From assembly GCF_025352425.1 (NCBI RefSeq), contig NZ_JANXTI010000103.1, forward strand, positions 20,964 to 84,963: DNA of 64,000 nt, read 5' to 3'. The notes under the pieces were generated by a model. That model did no database searches, was not told the DNA's origin, and saw only the letters and a program-made list of their open reading frames with translations. The DNA is from Flavobacterium sp. GTDB taxonomy: Bacteria > Bacteroidota > Bacteroidia > Flavobacteriales > Flavobacteriaceae. A program made the translations under genes and the position numbers. Below, piece after piece: positions 29,098 through 39,743 of the stretch (positions are counted from its first letter, which is position 1; the number at the start of each line of letters is the position of its first letter).

Positions 29098-29859
29098 TTA
29101 AATTCCGCTTGCTGAGGTTAAGGTTAATTGCCCAGTTCCAACCGGAATGCTAAACTTTAGCAAAGCCGGAACTTTTTTTGAGTCGGCGGTAAGCCAGATT
29201 AAATTTTTGTCTTTTCCTTTCAAGGCATCGGTTTTAGCGCCAATTGATAGTTTGTAACATTCTTTGCTGCCTAAATTTCCCGCATTTATGGTTTCTTTTC
29301 CCATATATTTTAATGTAACAGGGATTTGCTTTTCGTCAAAAACAATCATTAAGGCTTGGGTTTGCCCGACTTTGAACTTGTTCAAATCCATGGTTCTGAC
29401 TTTATAAAGTAAAGAAATTACATCTTGTGTTGATGCTCCAATGGTAAATGTTTTTTGAGTTTCTGGCCTGTTTCTTTTCTTCGATGTGCTGTTAACCGTG
29501 TTGCCTTTGAATACATATTTTTCTTTTTTGGTCCAACCACCTTCGTCAATGTTTCGTTTGTATAAACTTGGTTTTAAAGTCGCCGGATTTACATAAGTTT
29601 CATATAAATCCCTGATTTTGAAAAACGAATCCCATTTGCTATACGTTGATAATTCGCAACTCAGGTGTAAATAAGTATTTTTGGCAGTCGTAACATTTTC
29701 GGTAGACATTGTAACTTGCGCCAATTGCGTCATCAAACCACTCATGTTATAAGAACCTGCAAAAACCAGTTTTTCGCCTGATTTTATAGTTTGGCTATAC
29801 ATGGTTGCTAAAGAACAGAAAACAAAAAAGTAACAAAATATAAAAGATATTTTCTTCAT
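29098..29859 (-). CDS. secreted protein, DUF3108-like
   Basis: Signal peptide and a beta-rich sequence. Family assignment is from memory only. Confidence 0.45.
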   Translation of the reverse strand: MKKISFIFCYFFVFCSLATMYSQTIKSGEKLVFAGSYNMSGLMTQLAQVTMSTENVTTAKNTYLHLSCELSTYSKWDSFFKIRDLYETYVNPATLKPSLYKRNIDEGGWTKKEKYVFKGNTVNSTSKKRNRPETQKTFTIGASTQDVISLLYKVRTMDLNKFKVGQTQALMIVFDEKQIPVTLKYMGKETINAGNLGSKECYKLSIGAKTDALKGKDKNLIWLTADSKKVPALLKFSIPVGTGQLTLTSASGI

Positions 29860-29878
29860 GATTGAAAATTGATTGGTG

Positions 29879-29886
29879 CAAATATA
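29879..29886 (-). promoter_or_regulatory. -7 box TATATTTG for the 29859-27384 operon
   Basis: TAnnTTTG match 19 nt upstream of the start. Confidence 0.45.
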
Positions 29887-29996
29887 AAATTTTTAAAATG
29901 TTAGTATGGAAATTTCGAGACAAAAGAAACGTGAAATTTTCTTCAATGGTATTGAGATAACGAATAAATTAGCGCTTTAGTAATAGACTTATAGGA

Positions 29997-30383
29997 ATGG
30001 AAAGAAAAATAACAAGTGTTGGAGCCTTTATGGGAATTTTAGCAATAATTCTAGGCGCTTTTGGAGCTCATGAATTAAAGAAACAGTTATCGGTTGACCA
30101 GCTTAACGCTTTCGAAACCGGAGTAAAATATCAAATGTATCACGCACTGTTTCTATTGTTTTTAGGTCTAAATATTTTGCTTGATGAAAAAGCAAAAAAA
30201 ATCGTTTTTCAATTGGTAATTTTTGGGGTAATTTTCTTCTCTGGTTCCATTTATTTATTGACTACAAAAGCAATAACAGGAGTTGATTTTAAGGTTATTG
30301 GATTGGTTACACCCATTGGCGGCGCCTTATTAATACTGGCTTGGAGCATTCTGTTTTGGAATATTATAAAAGCAAAAAAATAA
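29997..30383 (+). CDS. DUF423 (YgdD-like) membrane protein
   Basis: Four TM helices, GAFGAHEL and YQMYHAL motifs. Confidence 0.7.
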   Translation: MERKITSVGAFMGILAIILGAFGAHELKKQLSVDQLNAFETGVKYQMYHALFLLFLGLNILLDEKAKKIVFQLVIFGVIFFSGSIYLLTTKAITGVDFKVIGLVTPIGGALLILAWSILFWNIIKAKK

Positions 30384-30421
30384 TATTTTAATAAAAAAAA
30401 TAGTTTCTAAATTTTAATTTT

Positions 30422-30429
30422 TACATTTG
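30422..30429 (+). promoter_or_regulatory. -7 box TACATTTG for pckA
   Basis: TAnnTTTG match. 14 nt before ATG 30444 and 35 nt before ATG 30465. Confidence 0.4.
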
Positions 30430-30464
30430 TTACCTAATTGATTATGCAACGCAAACTAATTTCT

Positions 30465-32090
30465 ATGGAGAACTACGCTCAAATAACGAAATCGATTTCG
30501 TTAGAGAAATATGGGATTAAAAATGTCCAAGAAATAATTCACAACCCGTCATTCGAACAGTTATACAATGATGAATTAAATCCAAATTTACAAGGTTTTG
30601 AAAAAGGTCAATTAACAGAACTTGGAGCTGTAAATGTTATGACTGGTGTTTTTACCGGCCGTTCACCAAAGGATAAATATATTGTCAAGGACAGCATTAC
30701 TGAAAACACTATTTGGTGGAATTCAGATAAAGCAGCTAACGATAATAAGCCTATAACCCAAACTACCTGGGAAGCATTAAAGGAAAACACGACCAATCAA
30801 TTATCGGGCAAGAAATTATATGTGGTTGATGCCTTTTGTGGCGCCAATGAGAATACGCGATTAAAAGTGCGTTTTATTATGGAAGTAGCCTGGCAGGCGC
30901 ATTTTGTTATCAATATGTTTATTCGTCCAACAGAAGCTGAACTTGAAAATTTTGGTGAGCCTGATTTTATTGTGATGAATGGTTCTAAAACTTCTTTTAA
31001 AGATTACGCAGCTCATGGATTAAATTCCGAAGTATATGTTGCCTTTAATTTAACTGAAAAAATTCAGATTATTGGTGGTACTTGGTATGGCGGCGAAATG
31101 AAAAAAGGAATGTTTGCCATGATGAATTATTATTTACCATTACAAGGAATTGCTTCGATGCATTGTTCGGCTAATAAAGGTAAAGATGGCGATGTAGCAG
31201 TTTTCTTTGGCCTTTCGGGAACAGGAAAAACAACCTTGTCTACCGACCCAAAACGTGAATTAATTGGTGACGATGAACACGGTTGGGATAGCGAAGGCGT
31301 TTTCAATTTTGAAGGCGGTTGTTATGCTAAAACCATAGATTTGAGCAAGGAGAACGAACCAGATATTTATGGTGCAATCAAAAGAGATGCATTATTAGAA
31401 AATGTTACCGTTAATACAGATGGAACAATTGATTTCAAAGACACTTCAGTAACTCAAAACACGAGGGTTTCCTATCCAATTTATCACATACACAATATAG
31501 TAAAACCAGTTTCAAAAGCGGGTCATGCCAATAAGGTTATTTTCCTTACGGCAGATGCTTTTGGTGTAATGCCTCCGGTTTCAAAATTAACACCGGAACA
31601 AACTAAATATTATTTTCTTTCCGGATTTACAGCTAAATTAGCCGGAACAGAACGTGGAATTACAGAACCAACACCAACATTCTCTGCTTGTTTTGGAAAA
31701 GCATTTTTGACATTGCATCCAACAAAATATGGAGAAGAATTGGTTAAGAAAATGGAGAAAAACCAAGCTAAAGCTTATATGGTTAATACAGGCTGGAACG
31801 GAACAGGAAAACGGATTTCTATAAAGGATACACGCGCTATCATTGATGCTATCTTAGATGGTTCGATTGAAAATGCTGAAACCAAAACAGTTCCGGTTTT
31901 CAATTTAGAAGTCCCAACTTCTTTGCATGATGTGAATTCTTCAATTTTAGATCCTAGAGATACTTACGAAAATGTTACAGATTGGAATAAGAAAGCAAGC
32001 AACTTAGCATCCTTATTTGTTAAAAACTTTGAACAGTATATTGATAATGAAGAAGGCCAAAGTTTAATAAAGGCCGGACCGCAATTATAG
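30465..32090 (+). CDS. pckA: phosphoenolpyruvate carboxykinase (ATP)
   Basis: Kinase-1a GLSGTGKTT, plus GDDEHGW and NTGW motifs. The start could also be ATG 30444; tracked ORF begins at TTG 30438. Confidence 0.93.
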   Translation: MENYAQITKSISLEKYGIKNVQEIIHNPSFEQLYNDELNPNLQGFEKGQLTELGAVNVMTGVFTGRSPKDKYIVKDSITENTIWWNSDKAANDNKPITQTTWEALKENTTNQLSGKKLYVVDAFCGANENTRLKVRFIMEVAWQAHFVINMFIRPTEAELENFGEPDFIVMNGSKTSFKDYAAHGLNSEVYVAFNLTEKIQIIGGTWYGGEMKKGMFAMMNYYLPLQGIASMHCSANKGKDGDVAVFFGLSGTGKTTLSTDPKRELIGDDEHGWDSEGVFNFEGGCYAKTIDLSKENEPDIYGAIKRDALLENVTVNTDGTIDFKDTSVTQNTRVSYPIYHIHNIVKPVSKAGHANKVIFLTADAFGVMPPVSKLTPEQTKYYFLSGFTAKLAGTERGITEPTPTFSACFGKAFLTLHPTKYGEELVKKMEKNQAKAYMVNTGWNGTGKRISIKDTRAIIDAILDGSIENAETKTVPVFNLEVPTSLHDVNSSILDPRDTYENVTDWNKKASNLASLFVKNFEQYIDNEEGQSLIKAGPQL

Positions 32091-32110
32091 ATCAACAAGC
32101 CTAACCAACG

Positions 32111-32145
32111 AAAAAGCCATTCAATTACGTGAATGGCTTTTTTTA
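32111..32145. terminator. bidirectional terminator between pckA and the convergent hemD-like gene
   Basis: A-run, stem AGCCATTCA/TGAATGGCT, T-run. Confidence 0.75.
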
Positions 32146-32161
32146 TACTGTAAATTTATGT

Positions 32162-32920
32162 TTATTTTCCTTTGTTGGCGTCAGCGATATATCTTTCTAA
32201 AGCCATTGTCATTGATGGAGTTTCCGGTGTTGGTGCTAAAATATCAATCCGCAATCCGTGTTCCAAAGCTTCCTTTTGGGTAGTGCTTCCAAAAACAGCA
32301 ATACGGGTATCGTTTTGTTTAAAATCTGGAAAATTTTTGAATAATGATTTAATTCCTGTTGGACTAAAAAATGCCAACACATCATAATACACATCTGCTA
32401 AATCAGACAAGTCACTCATTACGGTTTTATAGAAAGTTGCCTGCGTCCAATCTACTTTTAATGCGTCTAAAGTTTGGGGCACATCATAATTTAATTGATC
32501 AGAAGCGGGTAAAAGAAATTTTTCTTCTTTATATTTTTTGATTAATGGAGATAAGTCCACGAAGTCTTTTTGTCCAACGTAAATTTTACGTTTTCTGTAA
32601 ACCACATACTTTTGCAAATAAAAGGCAATTGCTTCTGATTGGCAGAAATATTTTAAATCTTCGGGAACTTTATAACGCATTTCTTCCGCCACTCTAAAAA
32701 AATGATCCACAGAATTTCGGCTGTTTAAAATGATTGCCGTAAAGTTATTAAGGTCTATTTTCTGAGCTCTGATATCTTTTGCACTTACACCTTCTACGTG
32801 TATGAATTCGCGGAAATCAATTTTTACCTTATGCTTTTGTTGTAATTCAAAATAAGGAGAATTCTCTACTTTTGGCTCTGGCTGTGACACCAAAATTGTT
32901 TTCACTTTCAAATTGGACAT
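32162..32920 (-). CDS. uroporphyrinogen-III synthase family protein
   Basis: HemD-like two-lobe alpha/beta pattern. Conserved pairing with the DUF4271-like gene immediately upstream. Confidence 0.65.
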   Translation of the reverse strand: MSNLKVKTILVSQPEPKVENSPYFELQQKHKVKIDFREFIHVEGVSAKDIRAQKIDLNNFTAIILNSRNSVDHFFRVAEEMRYKVPEDLKYFCQSEAIAFYLQKYVVYRKRKIYVGQKDFVDLSPLIKKYKEEKFLLPASDQLNYDVPQTLDALKVDWTQATFYKTVMSDLSDLADVYYDVLAFFSPTGIKSLFKNFPDFKQNDTRIAVFGSTTQKEALEHGLRIDILAPTPETPSMTMALERYIADANKGK

Positions 32921-32921
32921 T

Positions 32922-33611
32922 CTAATGTGCTAAGTTTTTTGTAATCAAATAATATATAAAATAGTAGGGCGCTATTTCGAGTGCGCAAAGATACAAAATA
33001 AAATAAAACAAGTTGCCTATGAGTAAATTTTGATAAATCTTCAATGAAACTAAATAAGAAAACAAATTAATTATTAAAATCCCAATGATAATACAGTAAA
33101 TCAAAATATTTGATGAAGTATTGTTGTAAAATAGGTAGATGTTTATTGGCAGTAAAATCATTCCAACAAAAGTTCGGTAACTCACTTTCTGCAAATTAAA
33201 TTGCTCCGCAAATTCTTCAATGTTGAAAATGGCGGCAACAATCTTTTCAATCAAAAACTTAGAAAGCACAAATATTCCGAAAAAAGTAAAAATCCGCAGA
33301 AAAATGACCCAATCGGTTTTTTCCATTTTCGACACATAACCAAAATGATAAAGTGCAAGTTGAATAAAAAAAGAAAACGAAATTATTTGAACCAGGAAAA
33401 GTAATATTGTAAAGCCACTCATCAGGTGGGAAGTGTCTTTATATACTTTGACATATTTATCAGAAACTAAAATCCTCAAAAACTCGCTAAACCGTGTTTC
33501 AAAAGCAGTTTTAGTAATTGCAATTAAAATAAACGAAAAAACAAACAGACATGTTGCCCAATCTTTGGGTTCCAAAATTCTGGGCTGTAAAACAATTTCT
33601 ATCATAATCAT
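32922..33611 (-). CDS. polytopic membrane protein (DUF4271-like)
   Basis: Six or more TM helices. Stop lies 1 nt from the hemD-like start. Confidence 0.55.
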   Translation of the reverse strand: MIMIEIVLQPRILEPKDWATCLFVFSFILIAITKTAFETRFSEFLRILVSDKYVKVYKDTSHLMSGFTILLFLVQIISFSFFIQLALYHFGYVSKMEKTDWVIFLRIFTFFGIFVLSKFLIEKIVAAIFNIEEFAEQFNLQKVSYRTFVGMILLPINIYLFYNNTSSNILIYCIIIGILIINLFSYLVSLKIYQNLLIGNLFYFILYLCALEIAPYYFIYYLITKNLAH

Positions 33612-33680
33612 GGCAAAATTACTAATTTTTAGTTGTTAAATTATTATAAAATTATTAAGATACAACACTAATAAAAAGTT

Positions 33681-33688
33681 TATTTTTG
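33681..33688 (+). promoter_or_regulatory. -7 box TATTTTTG for the GT2 gene
   Basis: TAnnTTTG match 24 nt upstream of ATG 33713. Confidence 0.4.
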
Positions 33689-33712
33689 CAACCAAGTTTG
33701 ACTACTGTTAAT

Positions 33713-34438
33713 ATGAACGACGGCATTGTAATTATTCCAACGTATAACGAAATTGAAAACATTGAAAGTATTATTCGTGCTGTGTTTTCGGTACAAAAAC
33801 AGTTTCATGTTTTGATTGTCGATGATAATTCTCCAGATAAAACGGCTGAAAAAGTAAACGAATTGCAAAATGAATTTCAAGGCAAATTATTTTTATCAGT
33901 CAGAAAGAAAAAATCAGGTCTGGGAACAGCTTATGTTCATGGATTTAAATGGGCATTGAAGCATCATTACGAATACATTTTCGAGATGGATGCTGATTTT
34001 TCACATAACCCAAATGATTTAGAAAAACTATATGATGCTTGTCATTCTAATGGTGCAGATTTAGCTATTGGTTCGCGTTATGTTACGGGTGTAAATGTGG
34101 TAAATTGGCCTTTGAGCAGAGTATTACTTTCTTATTTTGCTTCCGTGTATGTTCGAATGATTACCGGAATGAAAATTATGGATGCTACAGCCGGATTCAT
34201 TTGTTATCACAGGGAAGTATTGGAAAAAATAAATTTAGATAAAATAAAATTCATTGGCTACGCTTTTCAAATTGAAATGAAATACAGGGCTTTTGCCAAA
34301 AATTTTAATATACAGGAAGTTCCGGTTATCTTTACTGACAGAACAAAAGGACAATCCAAAATGAGCGGCTCTATTATTAAAGAAGCTATTTTTGGAGTTA
34401 TTTCATTACGGTTTAAGAAGTTTTTAAATCAATTATAA
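33713..34438 (+). CDS. family 2 glycosyltransferase, polyprenol-phosphate mannose synthase-like
   Basis: IIPTYNE, VDDNSPD and DADF (DxD) motifs. Start trimmed to MNDGIVII. Confidence 0.85.
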   Translation: MNDGIVIIPTYNEIENIESIIRAVFSVQKQFHVLIVDDNSPDKTAEKVNELQNEFQGKLFLSVRKKKSGLGTAYVHGFKWALKHHYEYIFEMDADFSHNPNDLEKLYDACHSNGADLAIGSRYVTGVNVVNWPLSRVLLSYFASVYVRMITGMKIMDATAGFICYHREVLEKINLDKIKFIGYAFQIEMKYRAFAKNFNIQEVPVIFTDRTKGQSKMSGSIIKEAIFGVISLRFKKFLNQL

Positions 34439-34439
34439 T

Positions 34440-35780
34440 ATGAATACGGTTTTAATTAAAAATGCCAAAATTGTTAACGAAGGAATTATTTTTGAAGGCG
34501 ATGTTTTGATTGAAAACGAATTTATTGTTGAAATTGCCGAAAGTATTAGCCCAAAAAAATCCAACTGTAAAATAATTGATGCCGAAGGAAGTTATCTTAT
34601 TCCCGGAGCAATTGATGATCAGGTTCATTTTCGCGAACCGGGTTTAACTCACAAAGGCGATATCGTTTCTGAAAGTCGTGCTGCTGTTGCCGGTGGAATT
34701 ACCTCTTTTATAGAACAACCCAATACTATTCCGAATGCGGTTACTCAGGAAATTTTAGAAGAAAAATATCAAATTGCCGCTAAAACATCTTATGCCAATT
34801 ATTCGTTTATGATGGGCGGAACCAACGACAATTTAGGGGAAATCCTAAAAACAAATCCAAAGAATGTTGCCGGAATTAAGCTTTTTCTGGGTTCGTCAAC
34901 AGGAAATATGTTGGTTGATAATCAGGAAGCATTAGAAAAAATATTTTCTTCAACTAAGATGCTGATTGCGGTGCATTGTGAAGATGAAGCAACTATAAAA
35001 AGCAATTTAGAACGATACAAACTACAGTTTGGTGAAGACATTCCGATTGAATTTCATCATTTGATAAGAAGCGCCGAAGCGTGTTATATTTCATCTTCCA
35101 AAGCGATTGCCTTAGCCAAAAAAACGGGTGCTAGATTGCATGTTTTTCACCTTTCTACAGCAAAAGAAATGGAATTGTTTACCAATAAAATTCCGTTAGA
35201 AGAAAAGCAAATTACTGCCGAAGTTTGCGTGCATCATCTTTGGTTTTCAGACGAAGATTATAAAACAAAAGGCAATTTCATCAAATGGAATCCAGCCATA
35301 AAAACTGCTGAAGACAGAACCGCTTTATGGGAAGCGTTACTTGATGACCGAATTGATGTTATTGCGACTGATCATGCGCCACATACATTGGAAGAAAAAC
35401 AGCAAAACTATTTAAAAGCACCTTCTGGCGGACCATTGGTTCAGCATGCTGTGGTTGCTATGTTTGAAGCCAATCATCAAGGAAAGATTTCTGTAGAAAA
35501 AATTGTAGAAAAAATGTGCCACAATCCGGCAAAAATTTTTAAAATTGAAAAACGCGGTTTTATAAAAGAAGGATTTTATGCTGATTTAACCATTGTAAAT
35601 CCAAGTTTGCCATGGAATGTTAAGAAAGAAAATATACTGGCTAAATGTGGCTGGTCGCCATTTGAGGGATATAATTTTAAATCAAGAATTACGCATACCT
35701 TTGTGAACGGCGAGTTGGTTTATCAAAATTTTAAAGTAAAAGATATTCCATTTGGAAAGCGTTTGCTTTTTGACAGATAA
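34440..35780 (+). CDS. pyrC: dihydroorotase (amidohydrolase superfamily)
   Basis: DDQVHFREPG metal-binding HxH-type motif and ATDHAPH motif. Confidence 0.85.
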   Translation: MNTVLIKNAKIVNEGIIFEGDVLIENEFIVEIAESISPKKSNCKIIDAEGSYLIPGAIDDQVHFREPGLTHKGDIVSESRAAVAGGITSFIEQPNTIPNAVTQEILEEKYQIAAKTSYANYSFMMGGTNDNLGEILKTNPKNVAGIKLFLGSSTGNMLVDNQEALEKIFSSTKMLIAVHCEDEATIKSNLERYKLQFGEDIPIEFHHLIRSAEACYISSSKAIALAKKTGARLHVFHLSTAKEMELFTNKIPLEEKQITAEVCVHHLWFSDEDYKTKGNFIKWNPAIKTAEDRTALWEALLDDRIDVIATDHAPHTLEEKQQNYLKAPSGGPLVQHAVVAMFEANHQGKISVEKIVEKMCHNPAKIFKIEKRGFIKEGFYADLTIVNPSLPWNVKKENILAKCGWSPFEGYNFKSRITHTFVNGELVYQNFKVKDIPFGKRLLFDR

Positions 35781-35790
35781 AAAATTTAGT

Positions 35791-36195
35791 ATGAAAAAAA
35801 TTCTTCTTTTAGGTTTATCAGCGCTGTTTTTTGGCTGCAATAGTAATTCAGTTGAAAAGCCCAAAAACCTTATTGCTAAAGATAAAATGGTTGATATTTT
35901 ATATGATATATCTTTATTGGAAGCTATCAAAACGCAAAATATCAATGGTGGCATAACTGTGAAAATGGGGAACGATTATATTTATAAAAAATATAAAATT
36001 GACAGTATTCAATTTGCCAAAAGCAATAAATATTATGCTTCCGATATTGAAGGATACAAAAAAATGTTTGAGAAAGTTAAAGAAAAACTGAATGCAGAAA
36101 CCTTGAAAAATGATGGCAAATTGAAGAAAAATGGTCAAGCTGTTCCGCCAAATCCAAACAGCACTTCAAATTCAGATACGCCACAAGTGCAATAA
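35791..36195 (+). CDS. lipoprotein, DUF4296-like
   Basis: MKKILLLGLSALFFGC lipobox. Start trimmed from 35752. Confidence 0.5.
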   Translation: MKKILLLGLSALFFGCNSNSVEKPKNLIAKDKMVDILYDISLLEAIKTQNINGGITVKMGNDYIYKKYKIDSIQFAKSNKYYASDIEGYKKMFEKVKEKLNAETLKNDGKLKKNGQAVPPNPNSTSNSDTPQVQ

Positions 36196-37191
36196 TTATT
36201 GTTGTAAAGAAATAACTTCTTTAATTAATTTATCAATGCTTTGGAATTCAAAACTCAAAGCATTTTTTATTTTTTCATTGGAGATAAATTCAGAAGAATG
36301 CATTGAATTTGCACTGTATTTTGATAGCTTTCTTTTGGTTCTGAAAATTTTAGAAACAACCCAGTCCAATCGCCAAGCTACAGTTGTCATCCAAGGTTTC
36401 GCTTCAATTTTAGGTTTTTTAGCATTTAGATTTTCAGCAATTTGGGAAATAACGTCTTTGAAAGTCAGGTTTTCAGCAACAACCGTAAACCGTTCACCTG
36501 CAATATTGCTTTTCATTAATTGAATCATGATTTTTACTACATCAGTAACGCCAACATAAGCTGTAGAACCGTTAGTATAAAACGGAAATCCTTTTTTTAC
36601 AGCACTGAAAAATAATCCACTTCCCTGATTCCAGAAACCGCCTCCGAAAATTATTCCCGGGTTTACAATTACCACATCCAAGCCTTCCTGTTGACCACGC
36701 CAAATCTCCATTTCGGCGCCATATTTTGAGATTGCGTAATCGCTGTGAGGGGCTTCGGGATTCCATTCGGTTTCTTCGGTGATTTGATTTTCATGTGAAG
36801 CTGGATTTCCTAATGCTGCTATCGAACTGACGTGGCAGAGTTTTTTGATTTTGTATTCGATGCAGAAATTCACGATGTTGGCTGTGCCTTCTATATTTAC
36901 TTTTCGGAGCGAATCTTCATCATTTGGATCATACGATATTAAACCGGCGCAATGGTAAACGTAATCTACATTTTGGAATGTGATTTCGAGAGAAGGAACA
37001 TCAATGATATCTGCATGAACCCAATCGATTTTGGTGAATAAGTGTTCTTTTTGATAAAGTTTGAATAAGGCTTTTGTCTTTTCGATTGATTTTTGTTCTC
37101 TGTAAATTGCCCGAACAATAGTTTCATTTTGTGCTAAATGCAGCAGCAAATGTGCCCCAACCAAACCTGTTCCGCCTGTGACTAATATCAT
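36196..37191 (-). CDS. NAD-dependent epimerase/dehydratase family protein
   Basis: VTGGTGLVGAHL Rossmann motif and YAISK (YxxxK). Confidence 0.8.
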   Translation of the reverse strand: MILVTGGTGLVGAHLLLHLAQNETIVRAIYREQKSIEKTKALFKLYQKEHLFTKIDWVHADIIDVPSLEITFQNVDYVYHCAGLISYDPNDEDSLRKVNIEGTANIVNFCIEYKIKKLCHVSSIAALGNPASHENQITEETEWNPEAPHSDYAISKYGAEMEIWRGQQEGLDVVIVNPGIIFGGGFWNQGSGLFFSAVKKGFPFYTNGSTAYVGVTDVVKIMIQLMKSNIAGERFTVVAENLTFKDVISQIAENLNAKKPKIEAKPWMTTVAWRLDWVVSKIFRTKRKLSKYSANSMHSSEFISNEKIKNALSFEFQSIDKLIKEVISLQQ

Positions 37192-37199
37192 GGTGCTAA

Positions 37200-37227
37200 A
37201 TTACGAATTACGAATTATCAATTACGA
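37200..37227. repeat. micro-tandem repeat ATTACGA x4 (third unit ATTATCA) 8 nt from the epimerase start codon
   Basis: Seen directly. Confidence 0.85.
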
Positions 37228-37261
37228 TTTTTTTTTAGATTACAAATGAGCTAAAAGTTTT

Positions 37262-37320
37262 TCCTTTAGCCCTGATTGCAGTGGCACGAAGTAGAACGGA
37301 AAGCAGGAAAATGGCTCACC
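37262..37320. repeat. REP-like elements, families C and D (reverse orientation)
   Basis: CCCTGATTGCAGTGG (reverse complement CCACTGCAATCAGGG) and ACGGAAAGCAGGAAAATGGCTC (reverse complement GAGCCATTTTCCTGCTTTCCGT) match copies at 52270, 22475 and 56477. Confidence 0.7.
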
Positions 37321-37363
37321 GATAAATCACGTGCCAATCGCTTCTAAAATTCCTAAATCTGCT

Positions 37364-37371
37364 TATATTTG
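37364..37371 (+). promoter_or_regulatory. -7 box TATATTTG for tyrS
   Basis: TAnnTTTG match 19 nt upstream of ATG 37391. It lies inside the longer tracked ORF. Confidence 0.45.
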
Positions 37372-37390
37372 CGCCAAATCTGATTATACT

Positions 37391-38692
37391 ATGAACAATT
37401 TAGTTGAAGAATTAAAATGGCGTGGATTGTACCACGACAGTATGCCGGGAACCGAAGAACAGTTGCTCAAGGAAACCACGACAGCATATATTGGTTTTGA
37501 TCCGACGGCGGATTCGTTGCATATTGGGAGCATGGTGCAGATTATTTTATTACTTCATTTAAAAAACTTTGGACACAAACCGATTGCTTTGGTTGGTGGT
37601 GCTACGGGAATGATTGGTGATCCTTCGGGAAAATCGGATGAGCGTAATTTGCTTACTGAAGAGCAGTTAGCTAAGAATGTGGCGGGAATTAAAAGTGTGC
37701 TTTCGAGATTTTTGGATTTTAATGAGACAGCTGCAAACGCGCCGATTATGGTGAATAATTATGATTGGATGAAGTCATATTCGTTTATCGATTTTGCGCG
37801 TGAAGTTGGAAAAAGAATCACTGTTAATTATATGATGGCGAAAGATTCGGTTAAGAAACGTTTATCTGGAGAAGCCGGTGATGGGATGTCATTTACGGAG
37901 TTTACGTATCAATTGATTCAGGGTTACGATTTTTATCATTTGCACAAGCATTACAATTGTGTGTTGCAGATGGGAGGTTCTGACCAATGGGGAAATATTA
38001 CGACGGGAACAGAATTGGTTCGTAGAATGAATCCGAATACCGAAGCAAAAGCTTTTGCTTTGACTACGCCATTGATTACGAAAGCGGATGGTTCAAAATT
38101 TGGTAAATCAGAAGGCGGCAATATTTGGTTGGATGCTGATAAGACTTCGGTTTATAAATTCTACCAGTTTTGGTTAAATACTTCGGATGAAGATTCGGAG
38201 AAATACATTAAGATTTTTACATTTTTGGATAAAGATGTTATTGATGCTTTAATTGCGGAACATAAAGAAGCTGCGCATTTACGAGTGTTGCAGAGAAAAT
38301 TGGCAGAAGAAGTGACTATTTTAGTTCACGGTCAAGCCGAATTGGATAAAGCGATTCAGGCTTCGAATATTTTGTTTGGGAATGCTACTGCCGATGATTT
38401 GAAACAATTGGATGAAGCTACTTTTTTAGAAGTTTTTGATGGCGTTCCGCAGGCTGAAATTTCGAGAACAGATATTTCAAACGGAATCAATATTGTTGAT
38501 GTGCTGAATGAAAAATCAGGATTTTTAAAATCAAACGGTGAAGCCAGACGTGCTTTGACAGAGAATTCGATTTCGGTAAACAAAGAAAAAATCACCGAAG
38601 AATTTCAGTTGACTGCAAAAGATTTGATTAACAATCAGTTTGTGTTATTGCAACGCGGAAAGAAAAATTATTTTGTAATGAGGGTTAAATAA
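37391..38692 (+). CDS. tyrS: tyrosine--tRNA ligase
   Basis: HIGH-type LHIGS, KMSKS-type KFGKS, and a C-terminal S4 domain. Confidence 0.95.
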   Translation: MNNLVEELKWRGLYHDSMPGTEEQLLKETTTAYIGFDPTADSLHIGSMVQIILLLHLKNFGHKPIALVGGATGMIGDPSGKSDERNLLTEEQLAKNVAGIKSVLSRFLDFNETAANAPIMVNNYDWMKSYSFIDFAREVGKRITVNYMMAKDSVKKRLSGEAGDGMSFTEFTYQLIQGYDFYHLHKHYNCVLQMGGSDQWGNITTGTELVRRMNPNTEAKAFALTTPLITKADGSKFGKSEGGNIWLDADKTSVYKFYQFWLNTSDEDSEKYIKIFTFLDKDVIDALIAEHKEAAHLRVLQRKLAEEVTILVHGQAELDKAIQASNILFGNATADDLKQLDEATFLEVFDGVPQAEISRTDISNGINIVDVLNEKSGFLKSNGEARRALTENSISVNKEKITEEFQLTAKDLINNQFVLLQRGKKNYFVMRVK

Positions 38693-39665
38693 CCATCAAA
38701 TTACAACCTCGAATATCAGAATTATCAAAACGTCCCAATACTTCGAAGGAATTGTTGGGATATTTTTTGCCCAAATCCTGTGTAGCTATGAAGGAGCATG
38801 AATTGATGTTTGCTAAATCAATTACATTAATGCCACCTGTTTTGCCATAATCAATGTAAGTCATAGCGTCTTCGGTGTCGCGGGTTAGAATTTGCATCCA
38901 GGCCGGGCACTCAAAAATACCATTACCAGGAGAATAAGCTTGTGATAAGAGTTCGGTCATGCCATATTCAGAATGAATATTTTGGACACCAAAACCATTG
39001 CACAGGATTTCGTGTAATTCTTCGCGTATCATTTCCTTGCGCTTACCTTTCATTCCGCCAGTTTCCATAATAATGGTATTCTTTAGATGGAATTTTTGCT
39101 TCTCTACTAAATCTAATAAAGCGTAAGTTACGCCAATCAGAATTACATTTTGCCCTGAATTATCTAATTCAACAAGCTTTGTAATTAGTTTGTCATAATT
39201 GTGCAAATAAAAACCGCTGTCTTCATTATTGGAAAGCTTAATCAAATCCTCCACCATATAAATCAAAGACGAACCAGAGCGTTCTAAATAGGATGGAAGC
39301 AATGCTAAAACAGCATAATCTTCAATGTTTCCATAAAATTCTGAAAAGGCATTTCGATAGCTTTGCCCGTATAGGGAAATATCTGTCACCAAGTGTTTAC
39401 TGGTAATCATTCCGGTTGTTCCGCTGCTGGTAAATGTTTCCTGAATTACATCAGTATTAGAAACGATATCATGGCTTTTAAAAAACTGAATAGGTAGAAA
39501 CGGAATTTGTTGTAATGATTTTATTTTTTGAACATCAGTATTCATAAAATCACAAAACTCCTTATATACCAAGTTGTTTTCATATTGAAAACGAAAAACT
39601 TTCAGTGCTATTTTTTCAAATTGCTTTTGAGAAGAAATGGTAAATATGTCTTGCGGATTTATCAA
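38685..39665 (-). CDS. LuxE/F390-synthetase-like adenylate-forming acyltransferase family protein
   Basis: [11 protein letters not shown]-binding-like motif. TTG start. Confidence 0.55.
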   Translation of the reverse strand: MINPQDIFTISSQKQFEKIALKVFRFQYENNLVYKEFCDFMNTDVQKIKSLQQIPFLPIQFFKSHDIVSNTDVIQETFTSSGTTGMITSKHLVTDISLYGQSYRNAFSEFYGNIEDYAVLALLPSYLERSGSSLIYMVEDLIKLSNNEDSGFYLHNYDKLITKLVELDNSGQNVILIGVTYALLDLVEKQKFHLKNTIIMETGGMKGKRKEMIREELHEILCNGFGVQNIHSEYGMTELLSQAYSPGNGIFECPAWMQILTRDTEDAMTYIDYGKTGGINVIDLANINSCSFIATQDLGKKYPNNSFEVLGRFDNSDIRGCNLMVI

Positions 39666-39679
39666 GGAGTAATTTTTGG

Positions 39680-39687
39680 CAAAAGTA
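39680..39687 (-). promoter_or_regulatory. -7 box TACTTTTG for gene 39665
   Basis: TAnnTTTG match 14 nt upstream of the TTG start. Confidence 0.35.
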
Positions 39688-39692
39688 ATGAA

Positions 39693-39727
39693 AATAAAAA
39701 AGCCCTAACTTTCGTTAGAGCTTTTTG
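39693..39727 (-). terminator. terminator after the 581-aa T9SS substrate gene
   Basis: Stem AGCCCTAAC/GTTAGAGCT with a T-run on the minus strand. Confidence 0.65.
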
Positions 39728-39743
39728 ATATATTGGATAGTAA

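Noticed and set aside
33614-33621. TAATTTTG -7 box candidate for the DUF4271-like gene
   Set aside because: It lies only 2 nt from the annotated start codon, so it cannot serve that start unless the mRNA is leaderless. Not reported as a feature.
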